This document shows, one piece after another, positions 43,226 to 58,377 of a stretch of 64,000 nt of DNA. The position numbers and the translations under genes were made by a program. Numbering within the stretch: position 1 is the stretch's first letter; each line of letters starts with the position of its first letter. The stretch spans positions 229,834,001 to 229,898,000 of the forward strand of contig OZ024743.1 of assembly GCA_964016885.1 (NCBI GenBank). Reading direction: 5' to 3'. This DNA comes from Eledone cirrhosa (taxonomy: Eukaryota). The notes beneath the pieces are model-generated. The model made no database searches, had not been told where the DNA came from, and worked only from the letters and a program-made list of their open reading frames with translations.

Positions 43226-45776
43226 CATTTATTACACGAATAATAATAATTTCTAATGGAATTATTATATTTCAGATTATTAACCTCATTACATTTACAG
43301 TTAGACACTGTTTAGTGGGTTCTATGTCAGAAGGTCATTAAGATCCAGTATGGTCGTAGTGGAATGGCTAAAACAAGGAGTGAACTGGATTCAAACTGAG
43401 ATCTTATATTTTTAGACTAAAGTTGGTAGTAACTCATCTACCCAGTATTCCACTGACGCTCGAAATAATCGTAAAATCTCCCTGAATGTCACATCCACTC
43501 TTCTTAAAAGCTATATCCGCCGGATGACATGATTGAACTCTCAAATACCAGCAATTGCAAGTAATACCGTAAATACTACTGTGCCTCACAGATTTAGCAA
43601 CAGCAGAAAGACAGAAATTACACCAACTTCGCATAAGACAACAAAATAACCTAACAACATATAAGAGACGAATATAATAACTAGCTTTGTTAATTCTAAT
43701 GTTGAACTCAGAGTCGCTGTGAATGATCTTTAAAATGGTGCTGCCAAACAATATTCTTTAACATGAAGGAATTCCGGGCGTTTTATTTTTTGCCGATGAC
43801 TGAATTGGCAAAATGTCAGACCTGTCAACTCTCCCCGTTCGACAGAGAGATTTACAATAGCCTTTGGAGTGAGTGAGAGATGAGTTCTCTTGTAAAAATG
43901 GGTATAGCTTTTATTATGTAAAATCACCCAAATTCTCCCCGTTAGGGGGCACTTTTTTATGGTACAAGCAGTTTGGGCTTTTAGAGGTTAACAGGTCTGG
44001 AATGTTGATAAGCTCTAATCCTTCAGCTTAACGAACGTTCTTCAGAATACTACAGAAACAAACCTTAAATTACAGAGAAGAACTCGATAAATTGAAATAC
44101 ATATTTAATCTCCCCGAGCTGTAACGTTATGCCATTTGACCTTTCCGACTCCAAACTTATTAATAAGAACACAAATCAGTCCAAATAGTGGTGACATATT
44201 TACCTCGAAGGTGCTCACTGAATAAGCAGTAAAAGTTATAAAATCAATAAGGTGATTTTTTACTCCTATTAGTTTAACCAAGGGAACTCAAACACAAGGA
44301 CTCAAAAGGGTCATTACGTTCTGGAATGAGTGGCACAGTGAGTCAAAAGTGAAATAAGTGCAGGGGGCATGATTTCCATCAGTTTTAATGCTAATCTGCA
44401 ATACTGCTGAATGACTGCAATTCATGTTTTTCATAAAAATTAAAACGTGTATGATAGATGGTAAGTGGGACTCGTGACTTAGTAGAAAATAGAGGTGGAC
44501 AAATTTTTCGTTTCAAATTTTCCATAATTCCAATTTTACTTTTGGTAAATTCTTTTTTTAATTTTTATTTTCACATTCGATAATTTCTAGTTTTTCCATT
44601 TTATTTAATTTCATTGGTAAGTTACAATAAACTATACTATAAACATTAAGAAAACAGGAAAGACACAAGCAAAATATCAAACTACCCATTCTCCCGTTAA
44701 GAAACAAATCATTTCTTCAAGTTGTGTTGTGTGAGTTAGTTTTCTATAAACTCAGTCAGCCTCTACCACAGTGGTTCTTTGAAACAAGCAAATGTAGATT
44801 TCTGTAAAGTTCTTATTAAAAGGTTTGTTTGTTTTTTAAATTTATGAAATTAGATACATATTTCTACCCTTCAGTTTTAATTGTGAAGTGAAAGTGACTG
44901 AAATATTAAAGTACATTCTACCCTTCCCCAGGGAGAAACATGTTCAGGCCTTGGCTGATATTAAAATTTATTGTCTGTTTGCATTAGATTGTCAGGTCAT
45001 GCTTAATACTGTCGCTGCTGCTGCAAGAATATGGAAAGGGTAGGGGATAACTGCCAAGATTTTGGAAACTATTAGTCACGAAAATTGTCCTGTTTCGGGC
45101 CATAGAAAAGTTGATTGTGGACCGCATGTTTGGAACCCCTAGTTTAACTATATACTCGTCGTTCACAATATACACAGCTACAACGACCTACTATCCACAA
45201 ACAAAAGCGTTTTGAGAATAAGGTTAATTGGTACTGGTGTCTGTGGAATACTCAGCCAATTACACACTGACTTTATGGGCAGGCTGCTTCGTTGATCGAA
45301 TAACGGGAAGACACATCTTTGAAACAGACGGAGGCACATTCCACCATAACATTATTTCAGTTTATTAAGAACATAGCATATTATGAATTACATCACTGAA
45401 TGACAGCGTAAAATTGAATAATTTGTCATTAATTCATTTCATTGTTTCTATATTTAGTATTTGATGAAAATGACCATAGCATGAAAGTTTCCTTCAAATT
45501 CTTAAAAACTTTTTCAAATTCATACGAATAGTAACAGTTCAGGAATAAGTTTGAAACATCATACCTAATTTTGTGTTACTGGTGTGACATTATTAATTCA
45601 ATAAGATAACTTCTAATGTCAATAAACCACTTATTGTATATAAATCTGTGTGCGCATATATATATCTTTGCTTAAACTTTAATCTGTTGTTTTAATAAAT
45701 ATATGCTCTACGGGTTTTTATATACATTTATATATATATAATCCTTATCGAACCCTCTTCGGATTTATTATTACTA

Positions 45777-45950
45777 TGGCAGAATAGGTAAAGGGTCGGA
45801 CGACATGCATAGAGTTACGGTCCTTTATGATCTGAGTTCAAATCCCACCTAGGTTAGCTTTGCCTTTCATCCATACGGGGTCGATAAAATAAAGTACTAG
45901 TAATACACTGGGATAATTGCGGGCCTTGTGCCAAAAGTAGAAACAATTAT
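45777..45950 (+). mobile_element. tRNA-derived SINE (family 1)
   Basis: tggcagaataggtaaagggtcggac...gagttcaaatccc...ggggtcgataaaataaagtac. Confidence 0.85.
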
Positions 45951-46927
45951 TACTATATATATATATCAACAACAGTTGATTACATATGTGAGTACCTATG
46001 CATGTATGTGCATTTGTGCTATGTACCAGTTTTCTTATGAATGTGTAACAGTTTGTCTGTCTGATTGTTTGTGTGTCTGTCTTTCTACGACTCAATCATT
46101 TGGTGTCAGTCTCTCCATCAATACGCTTGACATGGTGACCGAGTCACTCTGTCTTTTCGTCTCTCTCTCCTTCATTCCAAGCTGCTGTCCATCCATCCAT
46201 TCCATACAGTTTACTCATTTTCAAACATTATCATTTACATATATCGACACGCCCATATTTTTATCAATTTTTTTTTTCATTTCTAGCTCATGCTTCCAAC
46301 TTCCCAGGTCTCACGAAACTCACGAACAACAACAACAACAACAACAATAACAACAATAATAATAATAATAATAATAATGATAATAATAATAACAATAAAT
46401 TGTTTCTAATTTAGGCACAAGCCCATCAATTTGTGGGAAGAGGAATGTCGATTGTGTTGAGTAATAAAAAAAATAATAATAACAACAATAATAATGATGA
46501 TATATGAACAAACAATAAACAACACAATGTATTCAATCGATCACACAAACAGAAAAGAAATATATACATTATATATAAACAAATAAAACATAGTAGGAAA
46601 GAAAGGATAAACGAAGTGTAGAAAATGACCGCACGCCCTCCCTGTTCTCTCTCGCAAAGAAAAAAATATATGGCGAGAGATGTCGCCTAATCAAAATGGC
46701 CGACTAATCAAAATGGCGTTTATTTTAGCGGTTCACTGCTTTCTAATTAAAGACTAATGCATTAGATTACCAGCCAGATCTTTCTTGTGTTAGGTTTTAA
46801 CAACTCCATCTGGATTGCAAGAAAATGCATTTGACGTGGGTTTCAAAACATTGTCACGATCATCATCAGCCGGTTTTCTATATATTTTATTTATTATTAA
46901 TATTATTATTATTATTATTATTATTAC

Positions 46928-46976
<49 letters not shown>

Positions 46977-49900
46977 GTTCTTTGAGTCTCAGTCATTGAT
47001 GTTAGTTAACTGGAAAGTTTGTTGAAATGCATATCAAGCCACTACCTGCAGCCGCAGATATTCAGGACGTATCGGAGGGTTCTTGCTGTTCCAAGCAAGC
47101 ATGCCTTTTGAAGCGTTCCAAAAAGCGTGGCGAGGCCAATTTTCTTTAACCATCCCTAGAAACCTTTTGAGAGCAGCCTTCATGAAAAATCCCTTCATAG
47201 TGCGCCTATGACAATCGGGACCACTTTGACTTCATGGCAGTTCCAAATCCTTTTTACCTCCCATTTTAAGTCCTGGTATCGGTTAATTTCTCCCTCTGCT
47301 TCTCTTGCACTTTCGTGTCGAATGGGCAGGCCACATCCACAATCAGGCACGATCTTTTTTCTTTGACCAAAACCACCAGGTCAGGTCTATTGTGTTCCAG
47401 TTTTTGTCCGTCTGTATCCTTAAATCCCACAGCACCTTCACCTGATCGTTTTCTATCACCGATACTGGCTTATGCTCATACCACTTCTCAGAATGTGGTA
47501 AATTGTTTACTTTGCATAGGTGCCAGTGGATCACCCTGCCCATCACATCATGTCTCCAGCCCTTATAGTGATTCTGGGCTAGGTGTTTACACTCGGATAC
47601 AATGTGAGCCACAGTCTCCTCTCTCTCTCCACAGATCCTGCACAGTGGGCTAGCCTCCTCCTTGTAAATATGGTGTTTCAGCCACTTCGTTTTGAGGGAC
47701 TGCTCTTGCGCAACCATTAGCATTCCTTCTGTAGCCTTTTTAAGGTCTCTTCTTTTCAACCAGTTCCATGTCTGTGGATCTCTGAATTCAGTTTTCTCAG
47801 AGAAGGTACTATGAAGGGATTTTTCATGAAGGCTGCTCTTTCTCCTTGTTGTTATTTCCTCCTTGGACATCCCTGGTCTATTGTCCTCTCCTTCAGTACA
47901 ATTCTGAGCATTGGCTCCTTACTATCAGTCACGTATTTGTGTAGGTTGTTGTTCTCCATCTGAACACAGTCCTCTATGCTGATAAGACATCTTCCACCTT
48001 CAGATCTCCTTAAGTAGAGTCTATCGACATCACTCCTCTTGTGGAACATGTTGTAGATAGTCAATAGCTTCCTAGTCTTCCTATCCATTTCTTTTTGTTC
48101 AGCAACATTCCATCTCAGAATTCCCGCACTGTACCTAATAATAGACACAGCTCGGGAATTTACTGCACTTATGGCTTTCCTACTGTTCAGGTGTGACTTT
48201 AATACGCTCCTTACGCTCCGAATATATTCAGATCTTATCAATTCCTTCATTTTTTTGTTCCTGGTGTCATCAGCCTCCAGAACACCCAAATACTTGTATC
48301 CTTCTTCAGTGTCAATTTCCTTTAACATCTCACCTGTTGGTACCTGGATTCCGTTGCTTATGCTCAATTTACCCCTCTTGATCACAAGGACTCCACACTT
48401 ACTAATACCAAATTGCATACATATATCATTGCTGAAAAGACGGACAGTGTCAACAAGCACATCCAACCCCTTCTCACTCTTCCCGAAGAGCTTAAGATCG
48501 TCCATGAAGAGGAGGTGATTGAGGGTAAGCTCTCCCTTTCCCAACTTGTATCCTGCTCTCACTTTTTGCAGTATCAGGGGCATCAGAGCAAGGATTCTCC
48601 AGCGAATGTTAACTCTGTTTTCCAGGACTTCATACTTTTGCCCAACAACTGTCTGATGTTATCTGCCACCTTGAAGATCTCCAGGCTTTTGGTGATCCAA
48701 GAATGAGGCAGCATGTCAAATGCCTTTTTGTAGTCTATCCATCCCATGGTAAGACCAGTGTGTCTCCTCTTGCAATTCCTAATTACCATCTTATCAATAA
48801 GTAACTGGTCCTTTGTACCACGGGACTTCTTTCGGCATCCTTTCTGTTCGTCCGGTAACAAGTTGTTTGTGTGGAGGTGATGGTAGATTTCCTCAGACAT
48901 AATGCTTGTCAACAGTTTCCACATTACGGACAGACATGTGATAGGTCTATAGTTGGTAACATCATTACCCTTGATTCGGTCTTTCATTACCAGAACTGTG
49001 GTACCTTTTGTCAACCACTCTGGTACCTCACCTGACATCAAGCAGTCATTGAACATGTTTGTCAGTTTCGGGTGGAGGGATGTTATATTTTTAATCCATA
49101 CCCCTGCACACCATCTGGGCCTGGTGATTTCCAGTTGGCCTGCCCCTTAAGAGTTTCAACTGTGATACTCAAATCAGTTTGTTGGTGTGCCTGTTCACTA
49201 ATCTCCTTTTGTACTGTCTCAATCCACACTGCCTGGTCATTATGTTTAACATCCTGCTCCCACATTCATCTCCAGAATGTCTTAGTTTGTTCCGCCTCAG
49301 GGATCAAGTCGTTGCCTCTTTCTCTCCCTTCAAGCTGTCCAAACAGCATCTTCTGGTTGTTGTCAAACATGTGGTTCTGTCTATACCTAATTTTTGCACT
49401 CTTTGCTACAATGCGTTGCTTCAGTTGCTCTATGATAATATTTAGCTTTTTCCTCCTAGTTTTGTACTTTATCTCCAGTCTATTTTTAGTGTCTATGTTT
49501 TTCAGTCTCCCATTCAGTAGGGACTCAAGCTTTCCAATGTCATTTCTCATTTCCCTGATTTAACCAATCAGTAGTTTCTTCCACCAAGGTTCTGATCTTT
49601 CTTGTTTGTTGTTTCCTCTCGCTTTTATGCCAAGTAATTTCCTCACCGCATTTTCTGTTGCTTTGAGGATATTGTTGTACTGGTGAAGGCTCCTCGCCAC
49701 AAGGTACGGGATGACTTTGTTTACCTTAGCTGTTGTTTCTTTTAACTTTTTCCTATCTACAAATCTTAGGTTCATAGGTTCCCCCTATCATTGTTCAATT
49801 CATCTACCACTAAGTTTAGGATATCAACCAAATCTTCACCTAGCCCGTCAGCATTCATCTCCTCAATGGCTGTATCTTTGTTCCAGGTATTATTTATTTC

Positions 49901-50450
49901 AGCATTTTGATGGTTCTCCGTTCTCTCAACCTCTTCACCTTCATTTCCCACTGGCTCGTTTGCCTGGCATACTCCACTCTCCATTTCCAACCTAATCTCT
50001 CTGCTAAGTTCCTCCAGTTCCAGCTCGCTTATCCACCCATTAGTTCTTATTACCCGAGCCTTCCCGGCCAATTTTTGTTCAGATGTTATGCATCCGTTTC
50101 CTATAGCCTTTCTCCTTGGGGTTACTCTTCAGGTAACATTGCATAACAGTTCTAATCAATTCTTTCGTCCAGTTGGTTCTGGTCCCTTTCCTTCTTCTTC
50201 TTCCTCCGACACCAGCAGTATTTAGTTGACAGCCAGGTCCCTGCTGCTGAGCCAGGGAGCAACTGCTCGGTGAGAGTCTGTCACATGACATTCCAGTCTC
50301 CACTTCACCGTTATTCGAACTGTTTAGGTTCGACATTTAAACACTCTTATCGAGGATTGGTGAATGTATGGTTACATAACCACCGGTGATTTATCACCCC
50401 CGGTGATTTTAGTGTGGCACTATCACGCTGTAGACGAACATAAATAAACA
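46977..50450 (-). mobile_element. Dong/R4 family B, near full-length, disrupted
   Basis: Minus-strand fragments run from an N-terminal RTNWTKE..CYLKS..GYRKRM motif through WKSPGPDGVQG, NYRPITCL and LFMDDLKL to CCHC and RLE. Flanked by (TTA)n on the + strand. Confidence 0.92.
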
Positions 50451-50500
50451 AACAAACAAAATATTATTATTATTATTATTATTATTATTGTTATTGTTAT

Positions 50501-50910
50501 TCCTTGAATCTCAGTCATTGATGTTGGTTAACTGGAAAGTCCGTTGGATTGAATATCAAGCCACTACCTGCAGCTTCAGATATTCAGGACGTATCGGAGG
50601 GTTCTTGCTGTTCCAAGCAAGCATGCCTTTTGAAGCGTTCCAAAAAGCGTGAAGGGGCCGATTTTCTTTAACCATCCCTGGAAACTTTTGGAGATAGTCC
50701 CCAGTGCGCCTATGACAATCGGGATCACTTTGACTTCATGGCAGTTCCAAATCCTTTTCACCTCCCACTTTAGGTCCTGGTATCGGTTAATTTTCTCCCT
50801 CTCCTTCTCTTGCACTCTCGTGTCGAACGGGCAGGCCACATCCACAATCAGGCACGATCTTTTTTCTTTGTCCACAACCACCAGGTCAGGTCTATTGTGT
50901 TCCAGTTTTT
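50501..50910 (-). mobile_element. Dong/R4 family B 3' fragment
   Basis: Near-identical reverse complement of 13640-14049, TAA-flanked. Confidence 0.93.
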
Positions 50911-50930
50911 ATTATTATTATATTATTATT

Positions 50931-51679
50931 ATTTGCATTTATCTTGCTTTATGTTTATACGAGTTATCACCAAGTCACAACCAGTGACCTCAAGAGACAA
51001 CAAGGTCCGCCATGTTCAAGAAAGAACACACATATTCACACATGCATCCTTAGTGTTTAGACTTGTGATGTACTTATATTGACAGGATCTTCCTTAGTAT
51101 ATGGGCAGTTCCCATTAGTACTATCTTTTGTATTTCTCCTATACGCGGGTTTCCTGGGATTTGCGATAAGTAGTCGTTAGACCCCTTAGGTATCATTCCC
51201 AGAGCGCCTACAACCACTGGTATTGTTTTAGTTCTCAATTTCCACATTTTTCCAATTTCTATCTCCAGGTCCTTATACTTGCTCAATTTTTCAAATGTTT
51301 TTATAGATACATTCTTGTCTATTGGAACAGACATATCAATTAGCAGGCATACCCTCCTTTGAAAGTCCTTCAATATTATATCAGGTCTATTTGCATCTAT
51401 TTTTCGGTCTGTTTGGATGCTAAAGTTCCACAAGATTGAGATGTGATCTTTTTCAAGTATGGGAGGTGGTTGATGCTCCCACCAATTCTTTTGATGGGGC
51501 AGGTCAAAATGCTTGCACATTATCCAATTTATGTATTGTGCAGCTCTGTCATGCCTGTTTAGGTATTCGGTTGGAGCTATAGGACTGCACATTGAAATTA
51601 TATGGTCAATGGTCTCTGGTTGTTTTTTGCATACACGGCATAATGGGCTGCACCCATTTTTTATTATGTTGGCTTGGTA

Positions 51680-51680
<1 letters not shown>
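50931..51680 (-). mobile_element. Dong/R4 family A 3' fragment (CCHC, RLE, 3' UTR)
   Basis: Near-identical reverse complement of 17663-18410, TAA-flanked. Confidence 0.93.
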
Positions 51681-51725
<45 letters not shown>

Positions 51726-51726
51726 T

Positions 51727-52160
51727 TCGGCCAATCCCTCATCAACTTCTTCAAGTTTCAACTGGAAAATAAGGTGAGGGTGGAGAGAGAAGTGCTGCTC
51801 CCCAGTACATTTGCTAAAAGGTGGGTGAATGTGGCGAGAATGGCTCGTGTGAATGGGCCTACTCTGACATGCGCCTATAGGCTAGCTAACTTGAGGAGAG
51901 GGGTGCTCTCCCTGGGTGCCCTAGAAGCGCAGGGTGGTTCATGATTGGTGGGGTACCCGAGTCACCCCAGGGTCGTCCACCCCCTATCGGGGAATTTATT
52001 TTGTTATATTTATGCATAGTTTATTTTATATTTTTATATTTTCATTATTAAATTAGTCTTGCCATTGTGCACTTTTACTCGACCTTATTGTAAACCCCCA
52101 CTGTCCCTGTCTTTGTATTGTCCCCTACATGTCGGCCCTTGTGGCTAATAAATGAAATCA
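51727..52160 (+). mobile_element. Tx1/L1-like 3' fragment between (TTA)n tracts
   Basis: Homologous to the reverse complement of 18508-18950 (LINFFKFQLE.KVRVEREVL...FAKRWVN). Ends aataaatgaaatc(att)n. Confidence 0.8.
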
Positions 52161-53380
52161 TTATTATTATTATTATTATTATCATTATTATTCTCATCAT
52201 CATCATCATCATCATCACCCGATAGTGTTGGTCTTATTTTATTTTATATATTTATTTGATTATATGTCGATTTCTAAGGAGGGTGCAAGATGTGGTGGAA
52301 GAGCGGTAAATTTAAGTTTGGCACCATCAATGTCCTCCAAACAATTTTTCTTTAAACCAAAGGCATGTCAGCATTGTTGTTGTCGTTGTGGTTGTCTCAT
52401 ACAAATGATGATGGTGGTGGGTGTAATAATGGTAGTATTTGTTTTTTCATCTCATCATTGGTATTATTAGTTTGATCGTAATGGTGCTGGTGTTTGAGTG
52501 GTGTAGGTGAGAGCAGTGGTGGTAATGACGCTGATAATGGTAGTCATTTTGTGAAAATGACGGTGTTTCTTTGTATTTCTTTTGTTGCTATTGTTTGTTT
52601 AGGTTGTGTGTAGCAGTTGTTGTTGGTAGTTTGATAGTGAATGTGTTGGTGTTGTGAAGGTGATGGTGGCAATGTTGTCATTTCATAATTAATCTTTTTG
52701 ATATAATTTTGATGCTGTGGATTGTCATGTTATCGGTAGAGTGGTAGTGACAATGGTAGTGGTTATAATCTCCGCAATTTTTGATATAGCTCTTATTATA
52801 ATGACATCGCAATATAATTTATAATAAGCTTTTTTTGTTGTATTCGTCTAGCCACAGATTATAATTAACTGAGCTGTCCTTTTATCAGAAACGTTGCAGC
52901 TAGCTCGAGGTCTTTTAAGGAAAGGTAGGTTGTTAATAGAAGTAAATATGGCTGCTTGGTTTCGCAAGTCGAGTGACAACGAAGAACTTTTAGAGTGTTG
53001 GTATAATTTTATAGTCACTTTTGGCTACGTTGCTGTTGGTATTGAGGATATTATGTATGATTTGTTAAAGAACATTATATTTCAATTTTGACGTTCGCTT
53101 CTCCATGAATTATTAAATGATTTACCTATTATTTTCACCTGCATCACATTTAACTTGTACACAGGGCACAGTTAATAAGAGTAATGCTTACAGTCTCTAT
53201 CTCTCTCTTTCTATCTCTCTCTCTCCAGCTCTGTCTCTCACTATCCCCGTATATACACACGCCCAAACACACACTCACATATATCGATACATATATAAAC
53301 ATAAATGTATATATATGAAACGAAATATATATATATATATACACTTTCAAACGCACACACACGCACACACATATTTATAT

Positions 53381-53620
53381 GTGTATGCGTCTGTGCGTGT
53401 GTGTGTGTGTATATATATAGATACATGTGAGTGTGTGTAACTACATTTATATGTATATATGCATATATATATATGTATGTGTATATATATATGTATATGT
53501 ATATACATACATATATATATATACATACATATATATATATATGCATATATACATATAAATGTAGTTGTACACACTCACACGTATCTATACACACACACAC
53601 ACGCACATACGCATACACAC
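53381..53620. repeat. Imperfect palindrome made of low-complexity TG/TA sequence
   Basis: tagatacatgtgagtgtgtgtaactacatttatatgtatatatgcata versus tatgcatatatacatataaatgtagttgtacacactcacacgtatcta. Confidence 0.75.
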
Positions 53621-53829
53621 ACACACTCACACACCCACACACACACACACATACACACATACACCTATATATATATAATTAAATATTAATTAGTCTCTAA
53701 TACTTAAACATCTCAATGAATGGATAAAATACGTAGAAAAATATCGAGCAGAGAAGCAATATTAAATCTATGGGAGTATAGGCCAGACAGCCCCACCAAA
53801 ATTTAAACCCTCACACTTATATATCGATC

Positions 53830-54610
53830 TCTCTGCGATAGTTTCTTTCATGTAAGAAGCAACAATTGGAAAAAACCAATATTTGAAGAATTCATGAATT
53901 TGTCAGGGCAGTATTTTTCAATTCAAAGAGAACATATTAAACCCGAAATTCTACATACCAGTTTCCGATCCAGCATTTAGTACAAAATCACGTTGTATAA
54001 TTGAACCATTACATGAATAAATGTCTCTTAATATTAGAACTACGTGATTGGCTTATAATAGCGCTAGAAAATGCAGCCAATAAAACAGTTGAGACAGCTC
54101 GATAAATCAGGAGCAGCTTATAATTATTCCAACTCAATAGTGCCAGACCGTCATTAAGATATAGATCCGTATAGAAGTCAGGGAATTTCTTTCATAGCGT
54201 GTCTAAGATAAAAAGGCCCATCATATCGCATATATCAGCAATGCTAAATGATCCAATCGGCACGCCTAATAGGTCATTGTTCGTGGACGTCGTTATCAAG
54301 GTTTCCTGATATTAAAGAGGACTGTTTCCTGCACTTGGATATTACTAACTGTTCTAACTCGATATATTGGAGAAATTGCCAGCGGAATCCGAGGTCTTAT
54401 CACGCAAGTCTCTAAATATAGCCGAGTAAAATTTCTTTATATCAAATCCACTGAACCTAACCATCTTAGAGTTGAGAGGAGGATAGACCAGTCTATGACT
54501 ACTTGACTATGTTTTTAAGTATTTCTTTACTAAAAACTAATTCAGTTTTGGCAGTCTGCAAGTCGGTTTATTTGTGAGGTCATCCTGATGAGCCTTAATT
54601 GTGATATAAG
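53830..54610 (-). mobile_element. Decayed PLE RT core fragment
   Basis: Minus-strand ITIKAHQDDLTNKPTCRL, FDIKKFYSAI, and LNDGLA at the DDG-like position. Confidence 0.7.
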
Positions 54611-54658
54611 TCCCATGGACTGAGTTCGCTTACTCTTCTATATGTATAACAAAATTGT

Positions 54659-54738
<80 letters not shown>

Positions 54739-55007
54739 GGAATAGAATGAAACGAAATTTCATTTCTCACTCTTAGTACGGCACTTACTTAAATGTAAGT
54801 ATGTATGAATGTATACGTACATACATATATGTATACAGACGTACAGTAGTATGTATATATATACATACATGCACACATATATATATGCACGTTTCGGCTT
54901 ACCGAACATTTATTATAAAGCTCGGTTTGTTTGTTTGTAAACAAACAAAGAGCCCGAATAAGGAAAGTATATACTTTCAGACGTTCAACCATCTGGCAGG
55001 AAGGTAT

Positions 55008-55050
55008 ACGATGCTGACGATAGCTAATAAGCTTGAAACTAGTACATCGT
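55008..55050 (+). ncRNA. Type I minimal hammerhead ribozyme
   Basis: acgatg-CTGACGA-t-agct(aata)agct-t-GAAA-ctag-TA-catcgt. 6-bp stem I, palindromic ACTAGT stem III. Confidence 0.85.
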
Positions 55051-55300
55051 TCCTGTGTCAGTGTTGAACAAAAAGGTGACGTGGTTGCCTAAATACTGTA
55101 CGGCGTAATTCGGGCTGTTTGTTAAGTAAGTGCTGTACTATGAGTGAGAAATGAAATTTCGTTTCATTCTATTCCATTTATCGTTTTCGGTGCGCCCGGC
55201 CAACTGAATTCACTCGATATGCAAATTAGGCTGCTCAGCCGTTAATATGCATATGGAAAGTATATACTTTCAGACGTTCAACCATCTGGCAGGGAGGTAT

Positions 55301-55343
55301 ACGATGCTTACGATAGCTAATAAGCTTGAAACTAGTACATCGT
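55301..55343 (+). ncRNA. Second hammerhead copy with core mutation (CTTACGA)
   Basis: Identical to 55008-55050 except for G5>U. Confidence 0.7.
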
Positions 55344-55546
55344 TCCTGTGTCAGTGTTGAACAAAAAGGTGACGTGGTTGCCTAAACACTGTACGACGTA
55401 ATTCGGGCTATTTGTTTTTTACAAACAAACAAACCGAGCATTATAATAAATGTTCGGTAAACTGATACGTGCATATATATATATGTGTGCATGTATGTAT
55501 ATATATACATACTACTGTACGTCTGTATACATATATGTATGTACGT

Positions 55547-55680
<134 letters not shown>

Positions 55681-55748
55681 ATACACACACAACCATATAT
55701 ATATATATACACATATGAAACTCAGCTACATGCATATATATAGTGAAA

Positions 55749-55955
55749 GCGTGTGGCTGAGTGGTGAGAGAGTTGGATTCACAATCTTGACATTGTGAGT
55801 TCGATTCCTGGACCGGCGATGCGTTATGTCCTTAAGCACGGCACTTTATTTCTCATTGCACCTTCTACCTGGAGTTGCGACCGATAGATAGTACTAGCAA
55901 CTGGAAAGACCAACGGAAACATTGTTTCCTCGGTCCGATTTGACGAAAGTCGGTC
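55749..55955 (+). mobile_element. tRNA-derived SINE (family 2, CORE-like)
   Basis: A-box tggctgagtgg, B-box gagttcgattcc, then tgtccttaagcacggcacttta. Confidence 0.75.
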
Positions 55956-56157
55956 GGTATATATATATATATATATATACATATAAATATATATTGGACC
56001 GTGATTTAGATATTCCATAGATAGATTTGGTAATTAGATGAACGGATATCTCCTTTTTGACGTTAGTATATATAGACTGATGTATAAATGGATGAATAAA
56101 TCAATATAGTGTGTATGTGTGTGGGTGAAAGAGATAGAGATAGGGATGTGCTGATGA

Positions 56158-56190
<33 letters not shown>

Positions 56191-56666
56191 GAAACAATAA
56201 GATAAATAAACGCAGAAACAAAGAGATAGCTAGATAAGTCGACGGAAAGATACATACACAGTTAGAAGAAAAGAAAGAATTAAAAGTGAAAGTTACGAGG
56301 AAATAAATAAAATAATATTCAGACGTAGGCAGTTTCAAGTTTCAATCATCATCGATGTGTTTCAATATATCGTCAAATTAGCAAATACGATCGTGAAAAC
56401 CAGAGAAGCTTACAACATTTTCACCATGTTCTTCTTTCGCCTCACTTCCGTTACTGACTAACGTGACCTGTCTTACGAGTTTTGCCATCCTTTAGTCCAA
56501 CAATCTCAAACTTTTAAATTCTTCCTTCTCCTAACTAATACGCTCACACTCTTGCAAACTTATAGGCAAAAGAGGCACGTATATTTGTACACGTAAGCAC
56601 ATATACACATAAAACATACACATGCACATTCACAAACACATATAATCGTACACATACGAATACCTG

Positions 56667-56769
<103 letters not shown>

Positions 56770-56788
56770 TATATATATAGTATATATA

Positions 56789-56834
<46 letters not shown>

Positions 56835-56858
56835 TATATATATATATATATATATATA

Positions 56859-56892
<34 letters not shown>

Positions 56893-56918
56893 TATATGTA
56901 TATATATATATATATATA

Positions 56919-56960
<42 letters not shown>

Positions 56961-56999
56961 TATATATATATATATATAGTATATATATATATATATATA

Positions 57000-57084
<85 letters not shown>

Positions 57085-57135
57085 TATATATATATATATA
57101 TATAGTATATATATATATATCTATATATATATATA

Positions 57136-57169
<34 letters not shown>

Positions 57170-57217
57170 TATATATATATATATATATAGTATATATATA
57201 TATATATATATATATAG

Positions 57218-57248
<31 letters not shown>

Positions 57249-57267
57249 TATATATATATATATATAG

Positions 57268-57388
<121 letters not shown>

Positions 57389-57522
57389 TATATATATATA
57401 TATATATAGTATATATATATATATATATATATAGTATATATATATATATATATATATAGTATATATATATAGTATATATATATAGTATATATATATATAT
57501 ATATATAGTATATATATATATA

Positions 57523-57556
<34 letters not shown>

Positions 57557-57647
57557 TATATATATATATATATATATAGTATATATATATATATATATAT
57601 AGTATATATATATATATATAGTATATATATATATATATATATATATA

Positions 57648-57710
<63 letters not shown>

Positions 57711-57735
57711 GTATATATATATATATATATATATA

Positions 57736-57777
<42 letters not shown>

Positions 57778-57801
57778 TATATATATATATATATATATAT
57801 A

Positions 57802-57851
<50 letters not shown>

Positions 57852-58012
57852 TATATATATATATATATATAGTATATATATATATATATATAGTATATAT
57901 ATATAGTATATATATATATATATATATAGTATATATATATATATATATAGTATATATATATATATAGTATATATATATATATATATATATAGTATATATA
58001 TATATATATATA

Positions 58013-58077
<65 letters not shown>

Positions 58078-58109
58078 TATATATATATATATATAGTATA
58101 TATATATAG

Positions 58110-58140
<31 letters not shown>

Positions 58141-58206
58141 TATATATATATATAGTATATATATATATATATATATATAGTATATATATATATATATATA
58201 TATATA

Positions 58207-58242
<36 letters not shown>

Positions 58243-58290
58243 TATATATATATATATATATATATAGTATATATATATATATATATATAG

Positions 58291-58321
<31 letters not shown>

Positions 58322-58339
58322 TATATATATATATATATA

Positions 58340-58377
<38 letters not shown>

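Noticed and set aside
43434-43927. Minus-strand ORFs with SIYG and GDF words, possible APE endonuclease remnant
   Set aside because: Only two short motifs and no RT nearby; cannot be supported.
44769-45141. hAT-like termini cagtggttct / ggaaccccta as a MITE
   Set aside because: TIR match is short and the 8-bp flanks do not form a TSD.
55749-55820. tRNA-like sequence with A and B boxes (also 4102-4195)
   Set aside because: No complete cloverleaf, and it continues into a repeated SINE body; these are SINE heads, not tRNA genes.
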